Shown here piece by piece: positions 1-13,495 of a DNA stretch of 64,000 nt. The notes beneath the pieces were generated by a model, which had not been told where the DNA came from, searched no databases, and saw only the letters and a list, made by a program, of their open reading frames with translations. The position numbers were made by a program, and so were the translations under genes. Each line of letters opens with the position of its first letter. The stretch's first letter is position 1. The DNA is from Octopus sinensis (Eukaryota): positions 45,942,001 through 46,006,000 of the forward strand of contig NC_043010.1 in the NCBI RefSeq assembly GCF_006345805.1, given 5' to 3'.

Positions 1-295
1 TCAACTGGTACTTATTTTTATCAACCACAAAAAGATGAAAGACAATTGCAACCTTGGCAGAATTTGAACCAAGAACATAAAAACTGATGAAATGCTGCTA
101 AGCATTTTTCCCAGCATGCTAATGAATGCCAACTTGCTGTTTTACGTACTTTTGCTATAGGCACAAGGCCTGAAATCTCAAGGAAGGGGTGCTAGTTGCT
201 TACACCAACCTCAGTGCTTGATTGCTACTTATTTAATCAACCCCAAAAGTCAACCTCATTGGAATTTGAACTCAGAACATGAAGAAATATCATCA

Positions 296-605
296 TCATC
301 ATCATCGTTTAACATCTGTTTTCCATGATAGCATGGGTTGGACAGTTCAACTGGGGTCTGGGAAACCAGAAGGCTGCGCCAGGCCCAGTCTGATCTGGCA
401 GTGTTTCTACAGCTGGATGCCCTTCCTAATGCCAACCACTCTGTGAGTGTAGTGGGTGCTTTTTATGTGCCACCTGCACAGGTGCCAGACGAGGCTGGCA
501 AATGACCACGATCGGATGGTTCTTTTTACGTGCCACCAGCACAGGGGCCGGACGAGACTGGCAAATGACCATGATCGGATGGTGCTTTTTATGTGCCACT
601 TGGCA
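296..605 (-). mobile_element. Hairpin-array retroposon (family D) with (GAT)n tail
   Basis: Reverse complement of the GGTTGGCATTAGGAAGGGCATCCAGC...CCAACCCATGCTA...(GAT)n end plus about 60-bp tandem modules; homologous copies near 4700, 28250, 38820, 40030, 54200 and 60245. Confidence 0.8.
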
Positions 606-2065
606 TGCTAACAATTCTGCCAAATTGCTGTCTTCCCTGCTCTAATTATAATAATGATTTCTTACATTAGGGCACAGTTGGAAATGTTGTTAGGCCTGAT
701 CAAGTAGAGCTATGAACAAAGGCATTCCAAGTGTGACCATCCATCATATCTTGTTGTATATCTAGGACAACATTGTGCTCTCTCTTCTGTAACCAATACT
801 CTTTTACTCTTTTATTTATTTCAGTCATTTGACTTTGGCCATGCCGGAGCACCACCTTTAGTTGAACAAATCGACCTCAGGGCTTATTCTTTGTAAACCT
901 AGTACTTATTCTATCAGTATTTTTTGCCGAACTGCTAAGTTACAGGGATGTAAACACACCAACATCGGTTGTCAAGCAATGGTGGGGAGACAAACACAGA
1001 CATGCAAACACACACACACACACACATATAACAGGCTTCTTTCAGTTTCCATCTACCAAATTCGCTCACAAGGCTTTGGGTGATCCAAGGCTTTAGTAGA
1101 AGATACTTGCCCAAGGTGCCACACAGTGGGATTGAAGCTGGAACCATGTGGTTGGTAAGCAAGCTACTTACCACACAGCCACGCCTGTGCCTTGGGTATG
1201 GTTTAAGAGAATTTGGTCTCTGCTTCTAGTAGGTTAAATAACTGTGAAGAAAGAGGCAAAACCAATTGAATCAGTTCAGGATGTTACATGTATTTTTTGG
1301 GGGGTTGTTTTTAGTGACTTTGGAAGATTGGAAAGTAAAACTTAATTATAGTAGGATTTAGACATAGAATGTTAGGAGAATAAACTAAATACATTTAAGT
1401 CTGATGTGCTGCCATGGTGTAACTCTATTTCCTAAATGAAATACTTTGTAAAAGTATTGCTTTTTTAAAATGTTGCCATTTAGCCTCAAGGCAAAGAAGT
1501 GAGTTGCTGACCACTTGCTTAACTTGCTGGAAATAGCAACCAAATCTTCTTCAAATCACACCCTACTATTTTTTTTAAACATTGCAGAAAATATTATGGC
1601 ACAAGCATGGTTGTTTGTGCTAAGAAGCTTGCCACACAAGGCAATGAGTTGGCAGAAGCATTAGTATGCCGGGTGAAATACTTAGTGGTATTTTGTCTGC
1701 CGTTACATTCTGAGTTCAAATTCTGCCGAGGTCGACTTTACCTTTCGTCCTTTCAGGGTCAATAAATTAAGTACCAGTTAGGCACTGGGGTCGATCTAAT
1801 CGACTTAATCCCTTTGTCTGTCTTGCTTATCCCCTCTATGTTTAGCCCCTTGTAGGTAATAAAGAAATAAGCTTGTTTCCCAACCACATGGTTCCAGGTT
1901 CAGTCCCACTGTGTGGCATCTTGGCCAAATGTCTTCTACTATAGCCATGGGCTGACCAAAGCCTTGTGAGTGGTTTTAGTAGACAGAAACTGAAAGAAAA
2001 CCATCGCATATATATATCTAGAGTATTGCTGCTGGAAATAAGAGTCAGAACAATTCATAGCCACA

Positions 2066-2250
2066 ATAACACAGTAACTCACCGCCTCATTTACTGACAA
2101 GGGAGACAAGGTCCCAAAGCACCGGGCATAGCCAGATCACCAGTGATTTTGTGTTTACATCAATGCGAAATCACTCGTGGTCTGGCTATGCCTGGTGCTT
2201 AGGGAGCTTGCCTCCCTCTTCAGTAAATAAGACAGTGACTTATATATTAT
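2066..2250. repeat. Fold-back inverted repeat (MITE-like)
   Basis: Arms about 2079-2151 and 2166-2239 are reverse complements at roughly 80-85% identity; 14-nt loop. Confidence 0.85.
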
Positions 2251-2307
2251 TATATTTGGGTTGAAAAGTTGCTGACAAGACACCCTATATATATGTATGT
2301 GTATTTA

Positions 2308-2340
<33 letters not shown>

Positions 2341-2353
2341 TTATATATATATA

Positions 2354-2400
<47 letters not shown>

Positions 2401-2964
2401 ATGTATTCTTTTACTCATTTCAGTCATTTGACTGGTCATACTGGAGCACTGCCTTTAGTCGAACAAATCAACCCCAGGACTTATTCTTTGTAAGCTTAGT
2501 ACTTATTCTGTCGTTTTTTTGTTTTTTTTTCACCTAACCACTAAGTTCCAGGGACGTAAACATACTAACATTGGTTGCCAAGGGATGGTAGAGGGACAAA
2601 CACAGATACACAAATTCATATATATATGTATGTGTGTGTGTGTCTTTGTGTTTGTCTCCCACTTCTGCCTGACAACCGGTGTAACTTAGTGGTTCAGCAA
2701 AAGAGACCAATAGAATAAGTACTAGGCTTAAAAAGAAAATCCTGGGGTCAATTTGTTCAACTAAAATCCTTCACGGCAGTGCCCTAGCATGGCCACAGTC
2801 AAATGACTGAAACAAGTAATAAGATAATAAAAAGGAAATGACATGACAGAAAATGAAATGGGAAGGTTACAGCTGGAATGCATACGATCAAAAGTCAACT
2901 AAATTAGAACAGAACTAGGATGATGTAGTAACCACATAACTGGCTTTATGAAATATAGGTAGGC

Positions 2965-3340
2965 ATAGGAGTGGCTGTGTGGTAAGTAGCTTGTTTACGA
3001 ACCACATGGTTCTTGGTTCAGTCCTACTGCGTGGCATCTTAGGCAAGTGTCTTCTACTATAGCCTCGGGCCGACCAAAGCCTTGTGAGTGGATTTGGTAG
3101 ACGGAAACTGAAAAGAAGCCCATCGTATATATGTATATATATATATATGTATGTGTGTGTGTCTGTGTTTGTTCCCCCCGCCCCAACATCACTCGACAAC
3201 CGATGCTGGTGTGTTTACGTCCCCGTAACTTAGCGGTTCAACAAAAGAGACTGATAGAATAAGTACTAGGCTTACAAAGAATAAGTCCTGGGGTCGATTT
3301 GCTCGACTAAAAGCTGGTGCTCCAACATGGCCACAGTCAT
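2965..3340 (+). mobile_element. tRNA-derived SINE family A (representative copy)
   Basis: GGAGTGGCTGTGTGGTAAG A-box, GGTTCAGTCC B-box, CCTTGGGCAAGTGTCTT core, internal (TA/TG)n; further copies near 805-1190, 2410-2640, 7600-8445, 20525-20890, 21797-22205, 28945-29335, 47280-47680 and 51160-51440. Confidence 0.85.
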
Positions 3341-3633
3341 GAGTGTAGTGAGTGCTTTTTACGTGCCACCGAAACGGGGACCAGTCAGGCGGTACTGGCA
3401 ACAACCTCGCTCGAATCTTTTTACATGTGCCACCGGCACAGGTGCCAGTGAAGCAACATTGGTAACGATCATGCTCGAATGGTGCCCTTTTACGTGCCAC
3501 GGGTACGGAAGCCAGTTGGCTGCTCTGGCAACGATCATAGTTATAATTCATCCTTCTGAGGTCAATAAAATAGAGTTCCAATCAAGTTCTGGGTGTCAAT
3601 AAAATAAAGTCCCAGTTGAAATATTTGGTTTAA

Positions 3634-4410
3634 CCCCTTAGCATTGAAATTGTTCTGTCAAAATAATGCATATTTATTCACATTGTTTTGAATTGACCAT
3701 GCATTATCTTGTAGCTTCAAGATTTTAACAATGTGAATGTTTATCTTTAGAATTACATTGTATTAGGTTGTTCGGAAAGTTCGTGCCAATTTTTAAAGGA
3801 AAGAAAAAGGTCAATAAATACTTACCATTACATTTTTAATCAACCAAATATGAACCATTTTGTTGCACAATGTGTCTCCATCTTTCCTTTAACTTGAAAA
3901 TACCCTCTTCCCAGAACTGAGGTGGTTTCATGGCAAAGAATTCATCAAGGTATCTTTTTACGTCATCCAAGGAATTGAAATTTTTACCATTAAGACTATT
4001 CTGCAGAGACCTGAATAAATGGAAATCTGAAGGAGCAATATCTGGTGAATATGGAGGGTGGGGTAACACATCCCAACTAAGCTGCAGCAATTTTTGTGTG
4101 GTTCCCAAAGCATCAAGTGCCGAAAATGAAATTTCTTATCTTCCATTTTAAAGGGTTACAGAATTAACACAGGTTATAGGAACATAAACCTTCTTCCATG
4201 AAAAGATAGCTTAAACTGTGCTCTAAATGGATGTGTAGTCAAATCCTATTTTATGGACTCAACTATGTTCTAAAATAAATCGAAAGGTAAGTTACTATAA
4301 ATTGGCATGAACTTTCTGGACAACCCAATAGAATAGGTGTGATAGGCTGGATCTTGCCAGTTTGAGCATAATATAGGTAGAATATTTAGGCTGATTTAAA
4401 TGCTAAAGGG
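3634..4410 (+). mobile_element. piggyBac-type TTAA MITE, interrupted by a mariner
   Basis: TTAA|CCCCTTAGCATT ... AATGCTAAAGGG|TTAA; uninterrupted copies at 33542-33762 and 32278-32490 are about 215-220 bp. Confidence 0.85.
3763..4328 (-). mobile_element. Internally deleted mariner (566 bp), copy 1
   Basis: TA TSD, about 29-bp TIRs (TTAGGTTGTTCGGAAAGTT.../...AACTTTCTGGACAACCCAA); N-terminal MEDKKFHFRHLMLWE joined directly to C-terminal WDVLPHPPYSPDIAPSDFHLF. Confidence 0.95.
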
Positions 4411-6989
4411 TTAATAAAATATGAGTCAAGTACTGGAGATTTATTTCTTTTGATAGATCCCTCCCCTAGATTTTTGACTTTGTGCTTAAGTTTGAAACTA
4501 TGAAGAGTTGTGCACTGATAGAATCCTTAGAGATTGGACAAATTTGCCATGTGGGATTTAATTCTGGTTCTTTACATTCTCAACTCAAATCCTATTAAGG
4601 TCAACTTTGCCCTCAATCCTTCTAGGGTTGATAAAATAAAGTACTAGTCTAATGCTAGGGACAATATATTTCGCTAACCCCATCCTCTAAATATTAGCCT
4701 AAAAAACATTCAAGCGAGGTCGTTGCCAGTGCCGCTGGACTGGCCCTCGTGCATGTGGCACATAAAAGCACCCACTACACTCTTGGAGTGGTTGGCGCTA
4801 GGAAGGGCATCCAGCTATAGAAACTCTGCCAGATCAGATTGGAGTCTGGTGCAGCCATCTGGTTCGCCAGACCTCAGTCAAATCATCCAACCCATGCTAG
4901 CATGGAAAGCGGATGTTAAACGATGATGATGATGATGTACCAATATTTGAAATTATTACTAGCTGAAAATGCCTTACACGATTTCTCTCAGTTCTATACG
5001 TCCTTTGCTTTTATTCTGTCTAAGATAAAAAAAAAATAATACCAGTCACATACTGGGGTTGATATGATTGACTGCTCCCTTCTCCCAATTTTTTCACCTT
5101 GCATGTATATATAAGAAATCATTTGAATGCATTAGAAAGATCATTAGAATGTCAAATAAAATGCCTTACAGTATTTGTTCCACTTCTCTACTTCTGGGGT
5201 TCAAATTCCACTAAGGTCAACTTTCTCTTTCATCCATCCAGAATTGATAAAAAAAAAAAAAATACAAAATTGAAAATTCTGTTTTTTTAGCTAAATCAGA
5301 AACTATTATTATTGTTATTATTATTAGAACACATGGCCTAGTGGTTAGGGTGTATTGCAAGATTATGGTTTCAATTCTTAGACCAGGTGGTGCATTGTGC
5401 TCTTGAGCAAGTCACTTCATCTCACATCGCTCTGCGATTACTTCTACACCTGACACATGCTACACTGTACACCTGTTCAGACCAATGTCGATTTGATGGA
5501 AAGAGCATGCTAATGTGTGGTACAAACATTTCATCGCTATATACAAATCATTTGTGCTGGTCAGTCGGCAAAAGCTGAACATTCATACACCGTCTTCGAT
5601 AAGAGAGTCCATCATCATCATTATTATTATTATTGTTATTGTCGTTGTTGTTGTTGTTGTTGTTATTATTATTATTATCATCATTATTATTATTACTAAG
5701 GCAGCAAGCTGGCTGAATTGTTAGCATGCTGGGCTAAATGCTTAGCAAGCATTTTGTCAGTCTTTATGTTCTGTGTTCAAATTCTGCCAAGGTTGACTTT
5801 GCCTTTCATTATTTCGGGGTCAATAAATTAAGTACCAGTCAAGTACTGGGATCAATGTGATCGACTAACCCACTCACCACAAATTTCAGGCCTTGTACCT
5901 TTAGTAGAAAAAATTATTATTATTATTATCAAGGCAGTGAGCTAGAAGAATTGTTAGCACACTGGGCAAAATACTTAGCAGTATTTCGTCTGACTTTATG
6001 TTCTGAGTTCAAATGCTGCTGGGGTCAACTTTGCCTTTCATCCTTTTGGGATCGATAAAATAGGTACAAATTGAAATCTGGAGTCAATGTAATTGACTAG
6101 TCTCCTCCCCCAAAATTTCAGGCCTTGTGCCTATAGTAGAAAGAATTATTATTATTAAGTCCAAATTTTGCAAGATTTTAATCAAAGAATCATCAGTTAT
6201 ATATTGAGGAATCTACTTCAATAACTACATCTCTTCGTTATATTTTGTGTCAATTAAGTTGGCAACCTTGTTGCTGTTTAATTCTAGGTGGACCCTAAAT
6301 AAGCAGACTGATCAAAAGTATTTCCATCCATCTTCACCACCAGCAAGCAACATTGTCCAATGTGTCCTTCCTCATTTGAGATGATAAGGTGCAATTTAAG
6401 AGAGATTTGGTTGCTGTTTCTAGCAAGTCAAGTGAAATACTTTATAGTCTCGATGTTCAATACCAAAAATTTAATTTTTGTGTTAGCAAAATGCAGAAAT
6501 TAACTTCATTGTTACAAATGTATAGTTGATGATTATGTAAAAATATATACTTTATATGCTGTTTTTTTGTGAGCTATATCTGTAAACAACCCCCTAAAGG
6601 GGCTCTATTTTACATATAAAATGAGAATATATTTTTTTACAATTAATAATGAAAATTATTATGGATGTTTAATTTACAAGTTGAATGTAATTCCCATATT
6701 GAAGACATTGTACTAGCAAATGAGATATTAATTCATATTATTTATAAAACATGTATAAATATTAGTAGCTTTATTTTTTTAAATTATACAATATTCTTTC
6801 TTCTTGTATCCTACTTGAAAGGTGCTGTTCTCCTGCTGAAAATTTTGTAATAACTTAAAAAATATGAGTGAAAATACAAGTGTTTATAAATTTAGATTAT
6901 AAAAGAATGTAAAGCTATTGGTCGTTCGAATGTTTTTCTTTTCATCCTTTTTTCATAAACATATATGCATGCATACATACATACATACA

Positions 6990-7020
<31 letters not shown>

Positions 7021-7109
7021 TACTTCACCAGTAAGCTATTTAAGAAGACGTAAGTACTCTTCTCATTTTACTTGGACTTAGTAACTAAGCCAAGATTTAC
7101 TTTGATGCT

Positions 7110-7436
7110 ATGAAAAAGCCCGAGATGTGCGAAAAACTCTGCTATCACATGGGAATTTTTAAACATGCCAGCATCAATCACAAGTTTGTTTCCAACCCAC
7201 AAGCATTATACAGAGAGATGAGGAAGGAAAACATTACCATTAAGAAAGCTCCCTCCCAAGAAGATCTACAATTATTCTGGTCAAAAATTTGGAACAGAAA
7301 GTGGGATTTCAACCCGAATGCATCAAAGTTATATAAAACTGAGAGTGAATACTGTACCAACACTGACAGTAAAACATACAAAATTGATGCAGAAACCTTC
7401 GCTAAAACAGTTGGCAAACTGCAGAAAGGGACCTAA
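7110..7436 (+). mobile_element. R4/Dong-clade non-LTR fragment (pre-RT region)
   Basis: NHKFVSNPQALYREM...PSQEDLQLFWSKIW...YC...YKID resembles the pre-RT region and matches the fragments at 42955-43070 and 50760-51158. Confidence 0.7.
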
Positions 7437-7731
7437 TAGAAACTGAGGATCCATACCAGCAAAGTTGTAAACTGGGGATTCATAGCAGTAATTACAGGGT
7501 GCAGGGAAAGTTTTTACTTTAGCTACATTTTTTGTGAGAAACAGCTAAGTTTCTAGCCACTGAAACATGTTCTTCCAGAGAGTGTTTTTGCAAACCTACC
7601 AACTACATGGTTCCAGATCCAGTCCCACTGTGTGGCATCTTGGCCAAGTGTCTTCTACTATAGCCTTGGGCCAACCAAAGCCTTGTGAGTGGATTTGGTA
7701 GACGGAACCTGAAAGAAGCCTGTCGTATATA

Positions 7732-8243
7732 CCATAAATCCTCGAGTATAGTCTGCCCTTGAGTATAATACGCAGAGGATTTTTAGTGGGCTGTACCTCT
7801 GAAAAACCTAAACTTTGTGTATAATACGCTCCCCACCTTCTTAACTTGAGTCAAGGAGGTCTATATAACGTCCTTGGTTTGTAAAAATGTATATGGTAAT
7901 GTCCTTTATTATTATTGTTCATATAACATAATGCAAACGTGTAACTTTTTTGTGCATTTTGTTTACAGAAATTAAATAAATAACAGTAATAATGTTTAAT
8001 AAATGTTGCTTACTGCAAGTTACGAATGATTCTTTTATGACTTCATTGCTTTCAGGTTTAGCTTAAGGTATTTTCGTGCTCGACATTACAAAATGTGTCT
8101 GAATAAACATTGCCACAGCAAATAGAGACTCGGACATTGCTTAGAAAATAATTTTCTTTTTAAACCTTGTATATAGCATGCACTAGGGATTTTGACTTTT
8201 AAATTTTGGGAAAAAAATGCGGATTATACTCGAGGATTTACGG
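7732..8243. mobile_element. Tc2/pogo-type MITE (512 bp) inserted in a family A SINE
   Basis: TA|CCATAAATCCTCGAGTATA ... TATACTCGAGGATTTACGG|TA; SINE A sequence resumes on both sides. Confidence 0.9.
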
Positions 8244-9529
8244 TATGTGTGTGCTCATGTGTCTGTGTTTGTCCCCCCAACATCGCTTGACAACTGATGC
8301 CAGTGCATTTACGTCCCCATAACTTAGCAGTTCAGCAAAAGAGACCAATAGAATAAGTACTAGCCTAACAAAGAATGAGTCCTAAAGGTGGTGCTCCAGT
8401 ATGGCTGCAGTCAAATGACTGAAACAAGTAAAAGAATAAAAGCGAGTGAAAAACAAAACAAGAATTTTGAAAGTAGCGATAAAATTAGTTTTTAAACTCT
8501 GAATGACTATGGGAGTTCACCTGAATAAAAGAGTAATCAAATGGGTCCATAGATTTTAAATGGTTGAGAAACACTGCTTTGGTCAATGTGAGAATCATTA
8601 GATAAACAGTATTGGTAATTATCATATGATGATTTCATCCTGTTCTGTAACTTTCTTATAGGAAAAAATACATTTAACTTATACATTAATAAAAAACAGT
8701 TGTATAATTTATGCAATTCTTTTGTATCTATTCGAGACTTTCAGTAATGTAGCTCTCATGTAAAACAATAGTTACTAGTATCCAGTAATTTTTGACAGCC
8801 CAGTCAGAGAAGAATGGCAAGAGCTGTGAATTTTTTATGAGATTTCAGAGACTGTTAGGAGAAAGGAGGGAGAAACTATGACTCATCAGATATCTGCAGA
8901 CCAGAAATATAATTCATTAATGGCACCCAAGGACCTGGTTTCTTAAGTGTTCTTTAACTGACCAGATCTCTATATAAACCAGTGAGGAATTTAGCCTATC
9001 ATCATCCAAGAACAAGTAGAGTCCATTTAACAAGCTTCCAAATATCAGTCACAAGGCTTATGTTAATGTAGGTTTGTACAAAAGGCGCTAGCTTAAGGTA
9101 CCATACATTGGGACTGAATCAAGAAACTTATGATGGCAGGAAGTGAACTTCAATTCATTGAATCACAACCACACTTGTGCATAGATATTTTATGCTTGCT
9201 TGTCACTCTATCTAAAAGAAAGAAAAATTGGAGAAGATAAAGAAACAAGATACCTGGTAGTATCTAGGTTATATAAGAAGACCAACCCAGTAATGTACTA
9301 AGTGAGGTGCAGAGCTGAAGGGAGTGGAGTTGCATGATCACTGACAGCTTTAGGCATGGTTCATGAAAATATGTTACATACCATGATATCTTTAATCCTT
9401 TTGATATCAACCCACACAAGCTGACCCTTGGTTCTGTGGTACAAACTTTCTATTTTAAAGTGATTTAACTTAAAATTTCCCATTAATTTTGTTGTCTAGG
9501 AAGAGTCATTATGCCAATATTTATTTCTT

Positions 9530-9755
9530 TACTACCCACAAGGGGCTAAACACAGAGGGGACAAACAAGGACAGACAAACGGATTACGGCGATTATATCG
9601 ACTCCAGTGCGTAACTGGTACTTAATTTATCAACCCCGAAAGGATGAAAGGCAAAGTCGACGACGGCGGAATCTGAACTCAGAACGTAACAGCAGATGAA
9701 ATACAGCTACGCATTTCACCCGGCGTGCTAACGTTTCTGCCAGCTCACCACCTTC
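9530..9755 (-). mobile_element. tRNA-derived SINE family B (representative copy)
   Basis: Reverse complement of GAGCTGGCAGAAACGTTAGCACGCCGGG...TGAGTTCAGATTCCGCCG...CCTTTCATCCTTTCGGGGTTGATAAATTAAGTACCAG; many copies (e.g. 1645-1870, 5700-5920, 5930-6150, 31155-31340, 34135-34340). Confidence 0.85.
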
Positions 9756-11340
9756 ATCATTATGCCAATATTATTAGCACATGCACTGGTTCAATTCCAC
9801 TCCTTTATTATTAGTCAATTAGTTAAATATCCAACTAACTAATCAATTATTTGTTTAATTTGGTTAAACAGTAAATCATTTGTTTTTGTCAAAGCACTTT
9901 CATTGCTATTTCCCATTAAAATTTTATGTTAATTTATGTTCCAAAAATTAGCTTAATAACAACAAAGTTATTTTATTATGTACTTGATTAATCTTTAAAT
10001 TAATTGAAATAAAGAGGATGTATTTCAATATAAGCACAGCAACAAAAGGTTAATCTGTAGTAAAATCCACATTTTTAAAAAAAATTTTATTTTAATGTTT
10101 GGCTTTTGAGTTTGAGTGAGATGTCAAGATAGCCATTACACTTAACTGTTATTTGAAATCATAAGTCATATTTACTTAAAATCATTATTATAGCACAAAT
10201 GGGTAATTAATATGGTGAAGCAAGGACAGCTTGTTGGGTAATATCAACAACTATAGGTACAAGGTTTGGTTTCATGAATTTCGTATCTTTTATAGTATTT
10301 TGAGGAGTCATAAATATAAGTTCTTTATTTTCCTGTTATTTTGGCATTTTCATTTACTTCCTCATCCTCTAATTATTGATAGCTCAGGTGACAAGTACTT
10401 TTTATTTTTTTTTTTTTTTACCTGTTACTTATTCTGTCAGTCTCTTTTTGCTGAACCACTAAGTTATGGGAAGATATACATAGATGAGGTGGTATGAAGA
10501 AGTTCCTGGACTTGTTTTGTAGGGCTCCAACAAATGGCAGCACGCAGTTGTGTACACAGTGAGATGAAGGTCACAGCGACCTTCATGAGGCAGTGTGCTA
10601 GCTGACATTGCTGTGTTTACTTCATAACTTGTGAAATTTGTGTTTTTGTGATCATGTGTCTGCTGTAGTCTGCGATTTTGTCATAGACAGAATAAGAAGC
10701 CAACATGAAATTTTGTGTTAATCTTGGGAAGTGTGCCACAGAGACACTGAATATACTTTGGCAAGCTTATAGGATGAGGCAATGATTGTACACAGTGTTT
10801 TGGGTGGCACTGGCTCTTCAAAAGCAGAAGAATGTCCCTGAAAGACAATGAGTGATCTGGAAGACCTGCCACGAGCGTCGCTCCTGGAAATGGGAAGAAA
10901 ATTTATCAGGTTTTGTATGAAGATCACTGGAGGAAATCAACAACGTTTTGAAGTATTTGAGGGACACATTTTGTGAAAGCTACCAGATCAGTAGTAACTT
11001 AGATTCTTCATGACGATACCAAGTTCTCCTCGCACATGAGTTCCTTGCTAAAAACAATATGGTATTACTTCTGCACATACTCTATTCATCAGATTTAGCA
11101 CCTGTGGACTTCCATCTCTTCCCCATGAGGAAAATGCAGCTCAAAAGTCGCCATTTTAACACTGTTGTCAAGATCCAGAGTGAATTGCAGAAGGTCCTCA
11201 ATTCACTTGCAGAAAATGACTTCCAGGCTGGATTCCAAAAGTGGCAGGAATGCTGGGACCAGTATATTGTTGCACAAGGTGACTATTTCAAAGGAGATGA
11301 TGTTAAAACTTAGGTAAATAAGTTACTTTTTATTAAACAT

Positions 11341-13235
11341 GGATCTAGTTGGTTTGGCTGCCAGCATCAATTCTGTTTGAACTGATTTCATATTCAGTAG
11401 AATGATGCACTTTTATTGGCTAATGAATGATGTGAAAATCGTTTTCACTATAAATCAATAAATTTTAAACTTAAAAAATAGGACCAAGTGTTTATAATAC
11501 ATTTATCACATTAAAAACCTAACATAAAAAAATAGAGTAAAAAGATAAATCAATGAATTTAAAGAGTTATTAGCAATTAAAGTTTGAAAATTTTGGATAA
11601 TTTTAGCCAATTGTAAGCAACAGATACATTCATGCCTGTTTCCATAGTAACGAGTGGAACCAAGAACTCTTTTATCTGTGAGGAAGTAAGTGTTGATAAA
11701 TTTTACATGGTATTCTGTTGGAAATTTTACTGTTTGATTATGGCAGCAAGCTCCTGTAACCCCACTTCTATGATGAGTTGAGGCACATGGCCTGGTGGTT
11801 AGAGCAGCGAACTCGCGGTCAAGGGATTGCGGGTTCGAATCTCAGACCGAGTGATGTGTGTTTTTATGAGCGAAACACCTAAGCTCCATGTGTCTCTGGC
11901 AGAAGGTAATGGCAAACTTCTGCTGACTCTTTCGCCACAACTTTCTCTCACTCTTTCCTCCTGCATCTTGCAGCTCACCTGCAACAGACCAGCATCCCGT
12001 CCAGGTGGGGAACCTATACACCAAGGAAACCGGGAAACCGGCCCTTATGAGCCAGGTGTAGCTCAAGAAGGAACAAAAACTTTTATGATGCAAACACTGA
12101 AAACAGAGGAGAATATTGTGTTGTACCTTCAAGAAAAGGGTACAGTCCGAATCATGACACACTGGAAGAATTCCTACATCACTCAATTCTTCCAGGAACC
12201 ACAATTTTCAGTGATTTGTGGAGGGTGTACTCTCACATTTCTGAAGTTAGTGGTTACAATCTTAAGCATAGAACGGTGAACCACATTGTTGGGTTTGTTA
12301 ACTTGAAAGATGGTACCCACACTCAACAAGTGGAGAGTACGTGGGCCTCTGTGAAGCGAAGTAATAAATGACTCTGTGGCACTCACCATTCTATGGGAGA
12401 TTCATATCTCTGTGAATTTATGTGGCACAGGAGATACAAAAATTGTGATTTGTTTGAGAAATTGATTGAATGTATTTCTAGCTTGCATTTTTAATTATAA
12501 AAATATTTTGTAATAGTGTATGCTTAAATGTTTGTTTTTTAAACATATTTTGTTCACTCTTTTATTTCCATATATAACATATACACATGTACATCTTTTA
12601 GAACATTGACATTTTATAAGATTTTGCTGACAAATTTTTTAAATTAACATAAACATTTATTTACATGAAAGAAAATTACTGGAGAACCTTTATCTAATTC
12701 TTCAAATCTTTCTGTTAAAACTGTATTGAAACCATTTGTGGGGAAAAATTGTAATGCGTTTATTGCAGGTAACGTGTTGTTCATCGCATTTGCATTAAAT
12801 GCATATTGAATGCTTAAAACTACTTGTTTAAACGTTTCTTTTTGTCATTGATGTGGTTGTGATCTGTGCTAAAAATAACAGCTAAATAACGTTTTTTGGA
12901 TAAATCTTTTAAGTTTGTGCTATCGCATTAAATGCATATTGAATGCTTCAAACTACAAAACGCGTGTTGTTTACAAATATTGACAACACATGCTGCTTTC
13001 AGGATATTGATGACAAAATGTATAGTTATGCACAAATTGACAACTTCCAAATCCTGTTTTCTGATTGGGTGAAAATGATCAAAGTTTAAACGTCTATAAA
13101 TGTTTAAAAACATTTATCTGGAAAAATGAAATTACTCCAGCAATTCAGCTTGGAAAAGTATATTATTATACCAAATTTTAAAATTTTCCATAAACTTTAA
13201 TTTTTGAAATGCTGGCAGCCAAACCAGTTTGATCC
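11341..13235 (+). mobile_element. Merlin (IS1595/ISXO2-related) DNA transposon, deleted
   Basis: 8-bp TSD TTAAACAT (11333-11340 and 13236-13243); TIRs GGATCnnnnTGGTTTGGCTGCCAGCAT; transposase remnant 12147-12494 PNHDTLEEFLHHSILPGTTIFSDLWRVY...HRTVNH...FV...GTHTQQVESTW...SYLCEFMWHRR with one internal stop. Confidence 0.9.
11780..12088 (+). mobile_element. tRNA-derived SINE family C inserted in the Merlin element
   Basis: GGCACATGGCCTGGTGGTTAGAGC A-box, GGTTCGAATC B-box; a homologous copy lies at 43185-43500 (-). Confidence 0.85.
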
Positions 13236-13263
13236 TTAAACATAACTATTTGATACCACCTCG

Positions 13264-13495
13264 ATCATGTTACACAATTTCTTACAGAATTTCTCAACTC
13301 CCGAGATCCTCCAGGACTTCCTCCCCATGAACTTAACTTAGAAGTCGGTTGCCCTGTCATCCTCCTATGCAATCTAAACACACCCACCCCATGCAATAGA
13401 ACTTGCCTTTTGGTCAAATAATTGATGGACCACATTACTGAAGCCCAAATTTTCATGGGACACAGCAAAAATGATACCATTTTCATTATCAACTT
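13264..13495 (+). mobile_element. Helitron Pif1-like helicase fragment
   Basis: Frame starting at 13278: FLTEFLNSRDPPGLPPHELNLEVGCPVILLCNLNTPTPCNRTCLLVK*LMDHITEAQI, matching the Helitron motif PTEFLNSL.PPGLPPH.L.LKVG.P..LLRNL...LCNGTRL. Confidence 0.85.

Larger units (their letters stand above)
10485..13263 (+). mobile_element. Deleted mariner, split by a Merlin insertion
   Basis: TIR TGAGGTGGTATGAAGAAGTT at 10485 pairs with AACTATTTGATACCACCTCG ending 13263; N-terminal MKFCVNLGKCATETL near 10705; C-terminal YSSDLAPVDFHLFP...GDYFKGD (11059-11313). Confidence 0.85.
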
